Assembly: GCA_016928305.1 (NCBI GenBank)
Contig: JAFGKY010000021.1
Location: forward strand, 54-64,053
Direction of reading: 5' to 3'
DNA from: Bacteroidales bacterium
GTDB lineage: Bacteria; Bacteroidota; Bacteroidia; Bacteroidales; UBA10428
Length of the DNA stretch: 64,000 nt
The notes under the pieces are model-generated. The model did not search any database. It was not told where the DNA came from and saw only the letters and a program-made list of their open reading frames with translations. A program made the translations under genes and the position numbers. The number at the start of each line of letters is the position of its first letter. The first letter of the stretch is position 1. Shown in pieces: positions 8,131-16,668 of the stretch.

Positions 8131-8138
8131 CAAAGATA
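8131..8138 (-). promoter_or_regulatory. Bacteroidota -7 promoter box (TATCTTTG on minus strand) for the tRNA-Met locus
   Basis: The plus-strand caaagata is the reverse complement of TATCTTTG, which matches TAnnTTTG. It lies about 15 nt upstream of the outermost GGGCGAGATA copy. No other such box was found between here and the tRNA. Confidence 0.45.
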
Positions 8139-8192
8139 AAATAATTACTGTTAAAATGAAAAAAGATGACTCATGTTTACACCAATTTTAAT

Positions 8193-8200
8193 TAAGTTTG
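8193..8200 (+). promoter_or_regulatory. Candidate -7 box TAAGTTTG
   Basis: Matches TAnnTTTG, 62 nt upstream of the ATG at 8262. Confidence 0.35.
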
Positions 8201-8261
8201 GCTTTTTAATTCACAATTTTTCCTATATTGCACAAGAACAAAATGACGGATTACTGAATTA

Positions 8262-8642
8262 ATGAAAAAAAAAATAACCCTTGAATATACACTGAACTCA
8301 TCCCCCAAAATCCTCTTCTCCCGGCTGAGTACACCGGGAGGTTTGTCGGAATGGTTTGCTGATGATGTGAACGTTAACGGAAACACCTATACCTTTTTCT
8401 GGGAGGGTGAGGAATATAAAGCAGATATTGTTCAAAAGAGGGAAAATAAATATATCCGGTTTCGCTGGCATGATGCAGAAGATCAGGAAGCCAGCTGCCT
8501 TGAATTCCGTGTCAGCCTGGACGAACTAACGGGTGATGTTGCCCTTATCATTACCGATTTTGTTGATGAAGATGATCAGGATAGTGAAATCGAACTGTGG
8601 GATTCACAGGTGGGAAAACTGAAACATGTTTTAGGCCTTTAG
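8262..8642 (+). CDS. START-like / SRPBCC (AHSA1-like) domain protein
   Basis: 126 aa. LEYTLNSSPKILFSRLSTPGGLSEWFADDV resembles the N-terminal beta-strand/helix of Bacteroidota START-like domain proteins. The assignment is by resemblance only. Confidence 0.55.
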   Translation: MKKKITLEYTLNSSPKILFSRLSTPGGLSEWFADDVNVNGNTYTFFWEGEEYKADIVQKRENKYIRFRWHDAEDQEASCLEFRVSLDELTGDVALIITDFVDEDDQDSEIELWDSQVGKLKHVLGL

Positions 8643-8666
8643 CATAGAATTCCTTTCGAAAAATCA

Positions 8667-8674
8667 TACCTTTG
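8667..8674 (+). promoter_or_regulatory. Candidate -7 box TACCTTTG
   Basis: Matches TAnnTTTG, 34 nt upstream of the GTG start at 8708. Confidence 0.4.
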
Positions 8675-8707
8675 TTTTCTGTTTCTTACTGTTCATAATA
8701 TTGTGAC

Positions 8708-10684
8708 GTGAAACGACTGCACAGGCTAATAACGTTTTCATTTCTGGGACCCTTTGCAATGACGTTCTTCATTGTCCTTTTCCTGCTGTTGATGCAGTTC
8801 TTATGGAGGTGGATTGATGAACTTGTGGGGAAAGGACTTGATTTTAAAGTCATTCTGGAACTTATGATCTATGTTTCAGCCAGTCTGGTTCCCATGGCCC
8901 TCCCTCTTGCTGTTCTGTTGTCCTCGCTTATGACATTCGGCAACATGGGAGAATATTACGAACTCACGGCCATGAAAGCATCGGGTATATCCCTGCAACG
9001 CATTATGTTCCCCCTTATATTGCTGGTATTCCTGATTTCTTTGGGCGCTTTCTTCTTTGCCAATAATATAACACCTTACACAAACCTGAAGATGAAATCG
9101 TTGTTATACGATGTGCGACAACAGCGACCTGAATTACACATCAAGGAAGGTGAGTTTTTTAACGGGATCGATAATTACAGCATCCGGATTAACAGGAAAA
9201 ATCAGGTAACCAACATCATGTATGATTTGAAAATTTATGATCATACACAGCGGCGAGGTAATGTAAACGTGATCATTGCTGATTCCGGGAAAATGGAAAT
9301 GACGGATGATAAAAGAAATGTTCTGGTAACACTGTGGCATGGGATAAGTTATACCGAAATGGAGGAGGACAGAAAAAAAAGGTATAATACCTACCCGCAC
9401 CGCACGGACATATTTGGTGAGCAGAAAATTGTTATTGCCCTCACCGGATTTGATTTACAGCGTAGTGATGAAAATATTTTCAAGAATTACTACCAGATGC
9501 TGAATGTTAAACAACTGGCCCGTGCCTCCGATTCGCTGAATACTGAAATGTCAAAGAAAAACAAGCATTTCCAGCATTCTCTTATCACATATCATTATTT
9601 CAAGGTCAGGGATAAATCGATTCCCTCCTTGCCCGTTCACCCCCCTCCGTTAATAACGGATTCTGTTACAGATATGCCGCAGCAGAAAGATACACCCGTT
9701 AATTTTGACAGTCTTTTTGCGTCTTATGATCCTGCCGTGCGGAAAAGGATTATCTCTTCTGCCCTTGCCAATGCACGGTCGGCCATGAACTTCATTGAGA
9801 ACACTGCTTCTAACCTGAAATATGAAAAGAAAAACATACGAAAACATGAAATAGAATGGCATAAAAAGTATACTCTTTCCATTGCCTGCCTGATATTCCT
9901 GTTTGTCGGTGCACCATTGGGTGCTATCATACGTAAGGGCGGAATGGGTATGCCTACGGTCATTTCAACGGTCCTCTTTATATTGTATTATGTCATATCG
10001 CTGATCGGCGAAAAAATTGTTCGCGAAAGTCTTGTTCCCAGTTATCAGGGTATATGGATGTCCTCTCTCATCCTGGTTGTTGTCGGTGTATTTTTAACCT
10101 ATAAGGCTACAAACGATTCCTCCATCTTAAACGTCGATACATACTTAAGCTATGTTCGCTCCTTTATTGGCATTGATAAACAAAATATCCTGGACAGGAA
10201 GATCTACCTTTCGGGAAAATTCCAAAGCGTTGACTTGTCACGTGATGCCTTTCGTTCCATGCTGCAAACCCTGTCCTATCAGGCCACGGAGTGCAAAAAA
10301 TCCATTCGCGAAAAGACCCGCCTGCGGATGATCGTGCAACAAATATTGCATCCGAAATACGATAATAACCTTACCGGTCTTGTCATCTCCTATAATAAAT
10401 TCTTTGAACAGATTGTTATGAGCAAATGGTTCAGCATAAAATATATACGTGACAGGCTTCAGGAATTTCCGGTACTGGATCACCCGGACAAGTATGCACT
10501 ACCTGAACAATATGGCCTTCGCGTCCTGGTGTTGACCCTGTTCCCCGTATTCCTGACTTATGCCATACTATATTATATATCCCTGCGCAGGACAATCGCA
10601 AAATTGAATTTCATCAGGGAAAAAACAAAATTTCTTTCCGAAGCCATCGAAAATCCGTCACTTTTAATTGATTTTGACAACTGA
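8708..10684 (+). CDS. LptF/LptG (YjgP/YjgQ) family permease with a long C-terminal extension
   Basis: GTG start. The N-terminus KRLHRLITFSFLGPFAMTFFIVLFLLLMQFLWRWIDELVGKGL is the typical LptF/G opening. There are three N-terminal TM helices, a periplasmic beta-jellyroll-sized insert, and C-terminal TMs (KYTLSIACLIFLFVGAPLGAIIRKGGMG). After these come about 190 extra residues ending in one more TM. Confidence 0.8.
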   Translation: MKRLHRLITFSFLGPFAMTFFIVLFLLLMQFLWRWIDELVGKGLDFKVILELMIYVSASLVPMALPLAVLLSSLMTFGNMGEYYELTAMKASGISLQRIMFPLILLVFLISLGAFFFANNITPYTNLKMKSLLYDVRQQRPELHIKEGEFFNGIDNYSIRINRKNQVTNIMYDLKIYDHTQRRGNVNVIIADSGKMEMTDDKRNVLVTLWHGISYTEMEEDRKKRYNTYPHRTDIFGEQKIVIALTGFDLQRSDENIFKNYYQMLNVKQLARASDSLNTEMSKKNKHFQHSLITYHYFKVRDKSIPSLPVHPPPLITDSVTDMPQQKDTPVNFDSLFASYDPAVRKRIISSALANARSAMNFIENTASNLKYEKKNIRKHEIEWHKKYTLSIACLIFLFVGAPLGAIIRKGGMGMPTVISTVLFILYYVISLIGEKIVRESLVPSYQGIWMSSLILVVVGVFLTYKATNDSSILNVDTYLSYVRSFIGIDKQNILDRKIYLSGKFQSVDLSRDAFRSMLQTLSYQATECKKSIREKTRLRMIVQQILHPKYDNNLTGLVISYNKFFEQIVMSKWFSIKYIRDRLQEFPVLDHPDKYALPEQYGLRVLVLTLFPVFLTYAILYYISLRRTIAKLNFIREKTKFLSEAIENPSLLIDFDN

Positions 10685-10686
10685 TC

Positions 10687-11886
10687 ATGAAAATTCTTCA
10701 GGTTAGTCATAAGTACCCCTTTCCGCCAAAAGACGGCGGATCACTTGCCATGATTAGCCTGGCTGATGGATTTGCCCGTGCCGGCCATGAGGTTTCTCTT
10801 ATAGCGATGAGAACCCCTAAGCACGGTGGAAAGATCGATAAGAGTGAAACAGGCTATGCTTACCATAAAGTATATACATCCTATGTCAATACAACCCTGA
10901 ACCCCTTCCGGCTACTTTCCAACCTGTTGTTTTCCATCCTTCCTTATAACGCAGTAAGATTTATCAATCAAAAATTCAGGGATAAACTTACTGATGTTTT
11001 GCTTCTTGATGATTATGATATTGTTCAGCTTGAAGGACTGTATCTGATGCCCTATACCGATACTATCCGTAAATACTCCGGGGCAAGAATTGTATTGCGT
11101 GCACATAATGTCGAACATGAGGTCTGGAACAGAATGGCATCAAAGGCCAAAAACATGTTAAAACGGGCCTATTTAAAAATACTCGCAAGAAGAATGAACC
11201 TCTTTGAGACTTCTTTTATGAACCAATACGACCTGTTGGTGCCAATATCCGAGAGGGACCGGTGTGTCTTTGTTAACCTTGGCAATCAGAAGCCCACTTG
11301 TGTAATACCTTTTGGGATGGATGTCACCGGACAACCGCCCCTGAAAGAACCTGCAGAAAAAAATGCCTTGTTCTATATCGGTTCCCTTGATTATATGCCG
11401 AATCAGGAAGGCCTGATCTGGTTCATCGAAAAGGTGTGGAAGAATATATTATGCCGTGATATAAATTATGTATTTTATATAGCGGGCCGCAATGCCCCGG
11501 GACATTTGAGGAACTATCTTAAAAAGCAACCGGTAATCTTCATGGGGGAGATTGAAGATGCATATCATTATATGCAGACCAAAGGCATTATGGTCGTTCC
11601 GGTATTATCGGGAGGGGGAATCCGGATCCGTATCGTTGAGGCAATGGCACTGGGAATACCCGTTGTAAGCACATCAACCGGTGCGGAAGGACTGGATGTT
11701 TCAGACGGAATGAATATCATGATAGCCGATGATCCTGAGATTTTTTCAAAAGCTGTTGTTAAGCTCTTGGAAAATCAAACTTTTTTTGCCAACATTGGAA
11801 AAAATGCGCGGATCTTTGTCCGCGAAAAAATGAATAGCGTTGCACTAGCCGCTGAACTGCTGAATTTTTATATGAATAACCTGTAA
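10687..11886 (+). CDS. Glycosyltransferase family 4 (GT-B, GT1/GT4-type)
   Basis: MKILQVSHKYPFPPKDGGSLAMISLADGFARAGHEV is the canonical GT4 N-terminus. The C-terminal half has the GGGIRIRIVEAMALGIPVVST sugar-donor binding motif (E-x7-E-like region). Confidence 0.85.
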   Translation: MKILQVSHKYPFPPKDGGSLAMISLADGFARAGHEVSLIAMRTPKHGGKIDKSETGYAYHKVYTSYVNTTLNPFRLLSNLLFSILPYNAVRFINQKFRDKLTDVLLLDDYDIVQLEGLYLMPYTDTIRKYSGARIVLRAHNVEHEVWNRMASKAKNMLKRAYLKILARRMNLFETSFMNQYDLLVPISERDRCVFVNLGNQKPTCVIPFGMDVTGQPPLKEPAEKNALFYIGSLDYMPNQEGLIWFIEKVWKNILCRDINYVFYIAGRNAPGHLRNYLKKQPVIFMGEIEDAYHYMQTKGIMVVPVLSGGGIRIRIVEAMALGIPVVSTSTGAEGLDVSDGMNIMIADDPEIFSKAVVKLLENQTFFANIGKNARIFVREKMNSVALAAELLNFYMNNL

Positions 11887-13061
11887 TGGCATTGAAAACA
11901 GCACTATGGATTTTCATCGGTATTATACTTTACGCCTATCTGGGTTATACATTGCTGTTAGCCCTCGTTGCATTTTTTCAGCGCAGGGATGTCTCTTTTC
12001 AGAAAAGAGTGCAATCATTTGAACCTCCTGTTACACTGTTTATTCCCGCATACAATGAAGCCGGGAGTATTGAGGCAAAGATGAGAAATTCGCTGGCCCT
12101 TGATTACCCCAGGGAAAAACTTACCATTGTATGGATTACGGATGGGTCGGATGATGACTCACTTACAATTCTTAACCGGTTTGGTGATATAACTGTTTTT
12201 CATGAAATGGAACGAAGCGGTAAAATTCACGCCATGAACCGTGGGATGAAGCTGATTACTACGCCTTTTGTCGTATTTACCGATGCCAATACCCTGTTGA
12301 ATAAAGATGCTATTCGCGTGATAGTGCAATATTTTGAGGATGATAATGTCGGATGTGTGGCAGGGGAAAAACGAATTGAAAACAACAACCTGGAGAAGGC
12401 TGTAGAAGCGGGAGAAGGGTTATACTGGCAATATGAATCACTGATAAAACGACTTGAATCGAAAAACGGATCTGCTATCGGTGCGGTGGGAGAACTTTTT
12501 GCTGTCAGGACAAGTTTGTATGAGGAAGTAAAGGAAGATACCATTCTTGATGATTTTGTGATATCACTGAAGATAGCGGTAAGGGGATACAAAATTAAAT
12601 ATGCACCCGGTGCCTGGAGTTCTGAGACAGCTTCTTTTTCGGTGCGGGAAGAGCTCAAACGTAAGATAAGGATTGCTTGCGGTGGATGGCAAACTCTTTT
12701 CAGGATGCCGTATTTGCTGAACATAGTAAAATACGGATTTTTATCCTGGAAATATTTCTCTCACAAAGTATTACGCTGGACTGTGGTTCCCCTGGCATTC
12801 ATCATGGCTTTTATTCTTAATCTGATTTTGGTATGGGGGAAACCGCTGTTTTCAGATTTGTATGGATACCTGTTCTGCCTGCAATTGTTGTTCTACCTGG
12901 CTATCCTATTCGGGGCCTTATTTCATAATATACGTACGAGGGTTAAATTACTTTTCGCTCCTTATTATATGTTTGTCATGAATTATGCCATCGTTGCCGG
13001 CATGCTCAGGTATTTTTCAGGTAATTATTCGGTGAAATGGGAGAAGTCAAAACGAAGCTGA
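11886..13061 (+). CDS. Glycosyltransferase family 2 (membrane-anchored, cellulose/PNAG-synthase-like fold)
   Basis: N-terminal TM, then PVTLFIPAYNEAGSIEAKMRNSLALDYP, ITDGSDDDS and FTDANT (DxD-type) motifs, and several C-terminal TM helices. Its start overlaps the GT4 stop (ATG/TAA overlap at 11886). Confidence 0.85.
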   Translation: MALKTALWIFIGIILYAYLGYTLLLALVAFFQRRDVSFQKRVQSFEPPVTLFIPAYNEAGSIEAKMRNSLALDYPREKLTIVWITDGSDDDSLTILNRFGDITVFHEMERSGKIHAMNRGMKLITTPFVVFTDANTLLNKDAIRVIVQYFEDDNVGCVAGEKRIENNNLEKAVEAGEGLYWQYESLIKRLESKNGSAIGAVGELFAVRTSLYEEVKEDTILDDFVISLKIAVRGYKIKYAPGAWSSETASFSVREELKRKIRIACGGWQTLFRMPYLLNIVKYGFLSWKYFSHKVLRWTVVPLAFIMAFILNLILVWGKPLFSDLYGYLFCLQLLFYLAILFGALFHNIRTRVKLLFAPYYMFVMNYAIVAGMLRYFSGNYSVKWEKSKRS

Positions 13062-13094
13062 TGATTTTCATTGTGCTGTTCCGATTACAAATAT

Positions 13095-13102
13095 TACTTT
13101 TG
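13095..13102 (+). promoter_or_regulatory. Candidate -7 box TACTTTTG
   Basis: Matches TAnnTTTG, 44 nt upstream of the ribBA ATG. Confidence 0.4.
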
Positions 13103-13145
13103 CATATAGAAACCGGAAAAGCAGGCACATAACTATCAATTTGCT

Positions 13146-14408
13146 ATGGCTAAGGTTAAAAATAATACCCTGTTGGAATTGAATACGATTCCGGAGGCCA
13201 TAGAGGATATCCGGCAGGGAAAGGTGGTAATTGTGGTTGACGATGAGGATCGTGAAAATGAAGGAGACTTTATCTGTGCTGCCGAACTGGTGACGCCTGA
13301 GATTGTGAATTTCATGGCAACCTATGGCAGGGGTCTTATTTGTGCTCCTATTCCCGAACAACGGTGTGAAGAGCTTGATCTTGAACTTATGGTCAGCACC
13401 AATACTTCTTTTCACGGCACACCCTTTACGGTTTCGGTCGACCTGCTGGGTAATGGTTGTACAACCGGTATTTCCGCCAGCGACCGTGCCAAAACCATAC
13501 GGGCACTCGTTGATCCGGCTACAAAACCTGAGGACCTGGGACGTCCCGGCCATATTTTTCCGCTGAAGGCGAAGACAAGAGGTGTAATACGCCGGCCCGG
13601 ACATACCGAAGCTGCCGTGGATCTTGCCCGGCTGGCCGGACTCAAGCCGGGAGGCGTGCTGGTCGAAATTATGAATGAGGACGGTAGTATGGCCCGGTTG
13701 CCGGAACTTGACAAGATCGCGAAGAAGTTCCATCTGAAAATTATTACCATAAAGAACCTGATAGCGCATATCCTGTTGCATGAAAGCCTGATCATTAAGG
13801 GTGAAAAAGCCAGGCTGCCGACAAAATACGGTGTCTTTACCATAATTCCATTCATTCAGAAGTCGAACGGACTTGAACACGTGGCTCTTGTCAAAGGAAG
13901 CTGGAAAAAAGAGGATCCTGTCCTTGTACGTGTGCACAGCTCATGCATGACGGGCGATATCTTCGGCTCGTATCGTTGTGACTGCGGTCCCCAGTTACAT
14001 CAGGCCATGCGTATGATTGAAACTGAGGGCAGGGGCGTGATCATTTATTTAAATCAGGAGGGCAGGGGTATTGGAATATTTAACAAGATAAAGGCATATA
14101 AACTGCAGGAGCAGGGCAGGGATACTGTTGAAGCAAACCTGGACCTGGGATTTGAAGAGGATGAAAGGGATTACGGAGTGGGAGCCAGCATAATGCATGA
14201 ACTGAATCTGGGAAAGATACGACTGATCACCAATAATCCCATAAAAAGAGCAGGTCTGGAAGGATATGGGATCACCATTACCGAGAATATACCGCTTACC
14301 ATCCCTCCCAATGAGCACAACATGACATACCTGAAAACAAAAAAGAACAAAATGGGCCATCTGCTTGAACTGCTGGAGGACGATGATTTTAAAATTGATG
14401 TTACATGA
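13146..14408 (+). CDS. ribBA: Bifunctional 3,4-dihydroxy-2-butanone-4-phosphate synthase / GTP cyclohydrolase II
   Basis: 420 aa. RibB half: [44 protein letters not shown]. RibA half: [35 protein letters not shown]. Confidence 0.95.
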   Translation: MAKVKNNTLLELNTIPEAIEDIRQGKVVIVVDDEDRENEGDFICAAELVTPEIVNFMATYGRGLICAPIPEQRCEELDLELMVSTNTSFHGTPFTVSVDLLGNGCTTGISASDRAKTIRALVDPATKPEDLGRPGHIFPLKAKTRGVIRRPGHTEAAVDLARLAGLKPGGVLVEIMNEDGSMARLPELDKIAKKFHLKIITIKNLIAHILLHESLIIKGEKARLPTKYGVFTIIPFIQKSNGLEHVALVKGSWKKEDPVLVRVHSSCMTGDIFGSYRCDCGPQLHQAMRMIETEGRGVIIYLNQEGRGIGIFNKIKAYKLQEQGRDTVEANLDLGFEEDERDYGVGASIMHELNLGKIRLITNNPIKRAGLEGYGITITENIPLTIPPNEHNMTYLKTKKNKMGHLLELLEDDDFKIDVT

Positions 14409-15388
14409 TTTCTTCCGCTCATGATGTTTCCCCGAAAAAACTCCGTATCGTATTTATGGGGACACCCGATTTTGCGGTGGCATCACTCAAAAGCCTTGTC
14501 GATGACGGACAGCAGGTGCTGGCTGTGGTCACTGCCCCTGATAAACCGGCCGGAAGAGGAAGGGAATTGAGGTCATCCCCTGTGAAAGGTTATGCCATTG
14601 CTGCAGGCATCCCTTTGTTACAGCCTGTATACCTGAAAGACGACCGGTTTATTAGGCAACTTAGGTCGTTTCAACCCGATCTGCAGGTAGTGGTGGCTTT
14701 CCGGATGCTGCCGGAAACTGTCTGGAAAACAGCCCGGATCGGTACCATCAATCTGCATGCTTCACTTTTACCTCAGTACCGCGGTGCTGCTCCCATCAAC
14801 TGGGCCATTATTAATGGCGAAACGAAAACAGGTGTTACCACATTCTTTATTAACCATGAAATTGATACCGGAGAAATTCTGTTTCAGAAGGAGGTTGCAA
14901 TCCTTCCCTCAGATAATGCAGGCACCCTGCATGACCGGCTCAAAATTATCGGTGCAGGACTGCTGACGGATACGGTTAAGGCAATAGCTTCGGGTAACTG
15001 TTCCGGCAAAGCACAGTCTGCCTTCTGCGATGGTGTTGCCCTGAAAACGGCTCCCAAAATCAGTAAAGCGGATTGCCGCATAAACTGGAGGGTGCACGTG
15101 GATGTCATTACAAACCTGATACGCGGTCTGAGTCCTCATCCGGCTGCATGGTCGGAATTGACAAATGAAAACAGGATCATTCCGGTAAAAATATTCCGGT
15201 CGGAGATTGCGAATGATTCGCATTCGTTGCCCTTCGGCACCCTTGTATCGGATGGTCGTACATACCTTAAGGTGGCAGCCGGCAATGGTTTTGTTTATAT
15301 TAAAGAATTACAGATCGCCGGGAAAAAAAGGATGGATGTGACTGAATTCCTGAAAGGCTTCCACGATCCGGAAAAATATCATTTCTGA
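14405..15388 (+). CDS. fmt: Methionyl-tRNA formyltransferase
   Basis: [57 protein letters not shown] are the hallmark Fmt motifs. 4-nt overlap with the ribBA stop. Confidence 0.95.
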   Translation: MISSAHDVSPKKLRIVFMGTPDFAVASLKSLVDDGQQVLAVVTAPDKPAGRGRELRSSPVKGYAIAAGIPLLQPVYLKDDRFIRQLRSFQPDLQVVVAFRMLPETVWKTARIGTINLHASLLPQYRGAAPINWAIINGETKTGVTTFFINHEIDTGEILFQKEVAILPSDNAGTLHDRLKIIGAGLLTDTVKAIASGNCSGKAQSAFCDGVALKTAPKISKADCRINWRVHVDVITNLIRGLSPHPAAWSELTNENRIIPVKIFRSEIANDSHSLPFGTLVSDGRTYLKVAAGNGFVYIKELQIAGKKRMDVTEFLKGFHDPEKYHF

Positions 15389-15429
15389 TCAGGAATCATT
15401 CCTGAGAGAATACACTCAACCTTTCATTT

Positions 15430-15492
15430 TTCACTATTCACTATTCACTATTCACTGTTCACTGTTCACTGTTCACCGTTCACTGTTCACCG
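15430..15492 (+). repeat. Tandem heptamer array (TTCACTR/TTCACCG) x9
   Basis: ttcacta x3, ttcactg x3, ttcaccg, ttcactg, ttcaccg, read directly. It starts 42 nt after the fmt stop and ends 1 nt before the stop codon of the convergent glucosaminidase gene. Confidence 0.95.
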
Positions 15493-15493
15493 T

Positions 15494-16498
15494 TTACTCC
15501 TCCATTTCGAAATACATTTCCTCTCCTTCCACGGAAGGAATGTCTTTCCCTTCAGGCTGTTTCAGCTTTATGGTGACCGTCTTGACGGGTTTCCTCAGCT
15601 GAAGAACTGTTCCTGCAGGGAGAGTGCTTTTCCATGTGAGCTGGTTTTTTTCATACAGTTTCTCGAGTTTTATGGCATACAGCTGTGAAATGGTATACAT
15701 GGTTTCGCCTTCTTTTACCGTGTGGGTGTGGTTTCCGGGAGCAGCTGAATTTCGCTTGGGCTGAATGTAGACGACCTGTGCTGAATCGATTTTAGCGTTG
15801 GCGGGCAGATCATTATACTGGTGCAGTTCCCATGGGAGCTTCCCCAGTTCCGCTGTCAGGCTTTCAAAGGTGTCCCCCTTTCGTCCGAGGACGTATTTAA
15901 CCCGGTTACGTTCAAAAACCTGTCTCCCCTCAACAGGGGTGCTGGTTAACCGTTTTGACTTCCTGTAATGCACTTCTTCTGCGACCACTTCACGGTCGAG
16001 TTCATAGAGTTTGTTTTCCTCGATGATCCTGATCAGTGCCCCGGCATAAGAAGGGTCGGTAGCATAACCGGCTTTTTTAAGTCCCCTTGCCCAGGCCTTG
16101 TAATCATCCGGATCGAGGTCAAACAGAAAATCATACCGGCTTTGGCTCATCAGGTAATCCGAATGATCACGATAGGAGTCATAAACCGATGCATATTTAC
16201 GAAAACACTCATTTCGCCTGTCATCGTCGTGATGCATCCTTTTGCCTTTCCAGTCGTTATGGCATTTTATCCCAAAATGATTGTTGGCTTTTCTGGCCAG
16301 CCGGCTGTTGCCGTCACCCGATTCAAGACAAGCCTGTGCCATGGTGATGCTGGCAGGGATACCCGAACGTTTCATTTCCCGGATGGCCAGGTCTTTATTT
16401 GTTCTGATGTATTCTTCGCGCGTTGTTTTAGCGGCCGATTGTCCAAATCCTGCTGTACATAATCCGGCTATCACTGCAAGAAGGATCAGCGATCTCAT
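15494..16498 (-). CDS. Mannosyl-glycoprotein endo-beta-N-acetylglucosaminidase with two LysM domains
   Basis: Start taken at the internal Met (MRSLILLAVIAGLCTAGFG signal peptide). Glucosaminidase core: ITMAQACLESGDGNSRLARKANNHFGIKC. Two LysM repeats: YVLGRKGDTFESLTAEL... and HTVKEGETMYTISQLYAI.... The longer track ORF (to 16765) runs through the heptamer array and into yfcC. Confidence 0.88.
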   Translation of the reverse strand: MRSLILLAVIAGLCTAGFGQSAAKTTREEYIRTNKDLAIREMKRSGIPASITMAQACLESGDGNSRLARKANNHFGIKCHNDWKGKRMHHDDDRRNECFRKYASVYDSYRDHSDYLMSQSRYDFLFDLDPDDYKAWARGLKKAGYATDPSYAGALIRIIEENKLYELDREVVAEEVHYRKSKRLTSTPVEGRQVFERNRVKYVLGRKGDTFESLTAELGKLPWELHQYNDLPANAKIDSAQVVYIQPKRNSAAPGNHTHTVKEGETMYTISQLYAIKLEKLYEKNQLTWKSTLPAGTVLQLRKPVKTVTIKLKQPEGKDIPSVEGEEMYFEMEE

Positions 16499-16525
16499 GG
16501 TAAAACAAGTATTTATTCTTACTGC

Positions 16526-16533
16526 CAAAACTA
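16526..16533 (-). promoter_or_regulatory. Candidate -7 box (TAGTTTTG on minus strand)
   Basis: The plus-strand caaaacta is the reverse complement of TAGTTTTG, 28 nt upstream of the glucosaminidase ATG (16498). Confidence 0.4.
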
Positions 16534-16585
16534 CATATTTGAATTCAGCTATCGGTATACAAACGGATGATGTTATGAACAATGT

Positions 16586-16634
16586 AGTGAACAGTGAAAA
16601 GTGAACAGTGAAAAGTGAACAGTGAAAAGTGAAA
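16586..16634 (-). repeat. Tandem heptamer array (AGTGAAM on plus = KTTCACT on minus) x7, inverted relative to 15430-15492
   Basis: agtgaac/agtgaaa alternate seven times. This is the reverse complement of the TTCACT family seen at 15430-15492. Confidence 0.95.
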
Positions 16635-16640
16635 ATCTCA

Positions 16641-16661
16641 ATACCAAATACCGAATACCTC
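16641..16661 (+). repeat. Tandem heptamer array ATACCRA x3
   Basis: ataccaa ataccga atacctc, 8 nt from the yfcC stop codon. Confidence 0.7.
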
Positions 16662-16668
16662 CCTTCCC

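Noticed and set aside
13062-13145. An FMN riboswitch upstream of ribBA.
   Set aside because: The gap is only 84 nt, and it contains a -7 box 44 nt from the ATG. That is too short for the roughly 130-nt or longer FMN aptamer, and no conserved FMN-element strands are visible.
13068-13937. A 289-aa minus-strand ORF. The same reasoning applies to 3231-3893, 12227-12724, 31497-32153, 36010-36543, 53946-54443 and 57164-57637.
   Set aside because: All are antisense shadows of strongly supported genes (ribBA, susC, GT2, the lipoprotein and BNR genes, cysD, V-ATPase E and B). None has a recognisable domain.
15430-15492. The heptamer arrays as CRISPR arrays.
   Set aside because: The units are 7 bp and contiguous, with no spacers. 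No cas genes and no 24-48 bp repeats are present.
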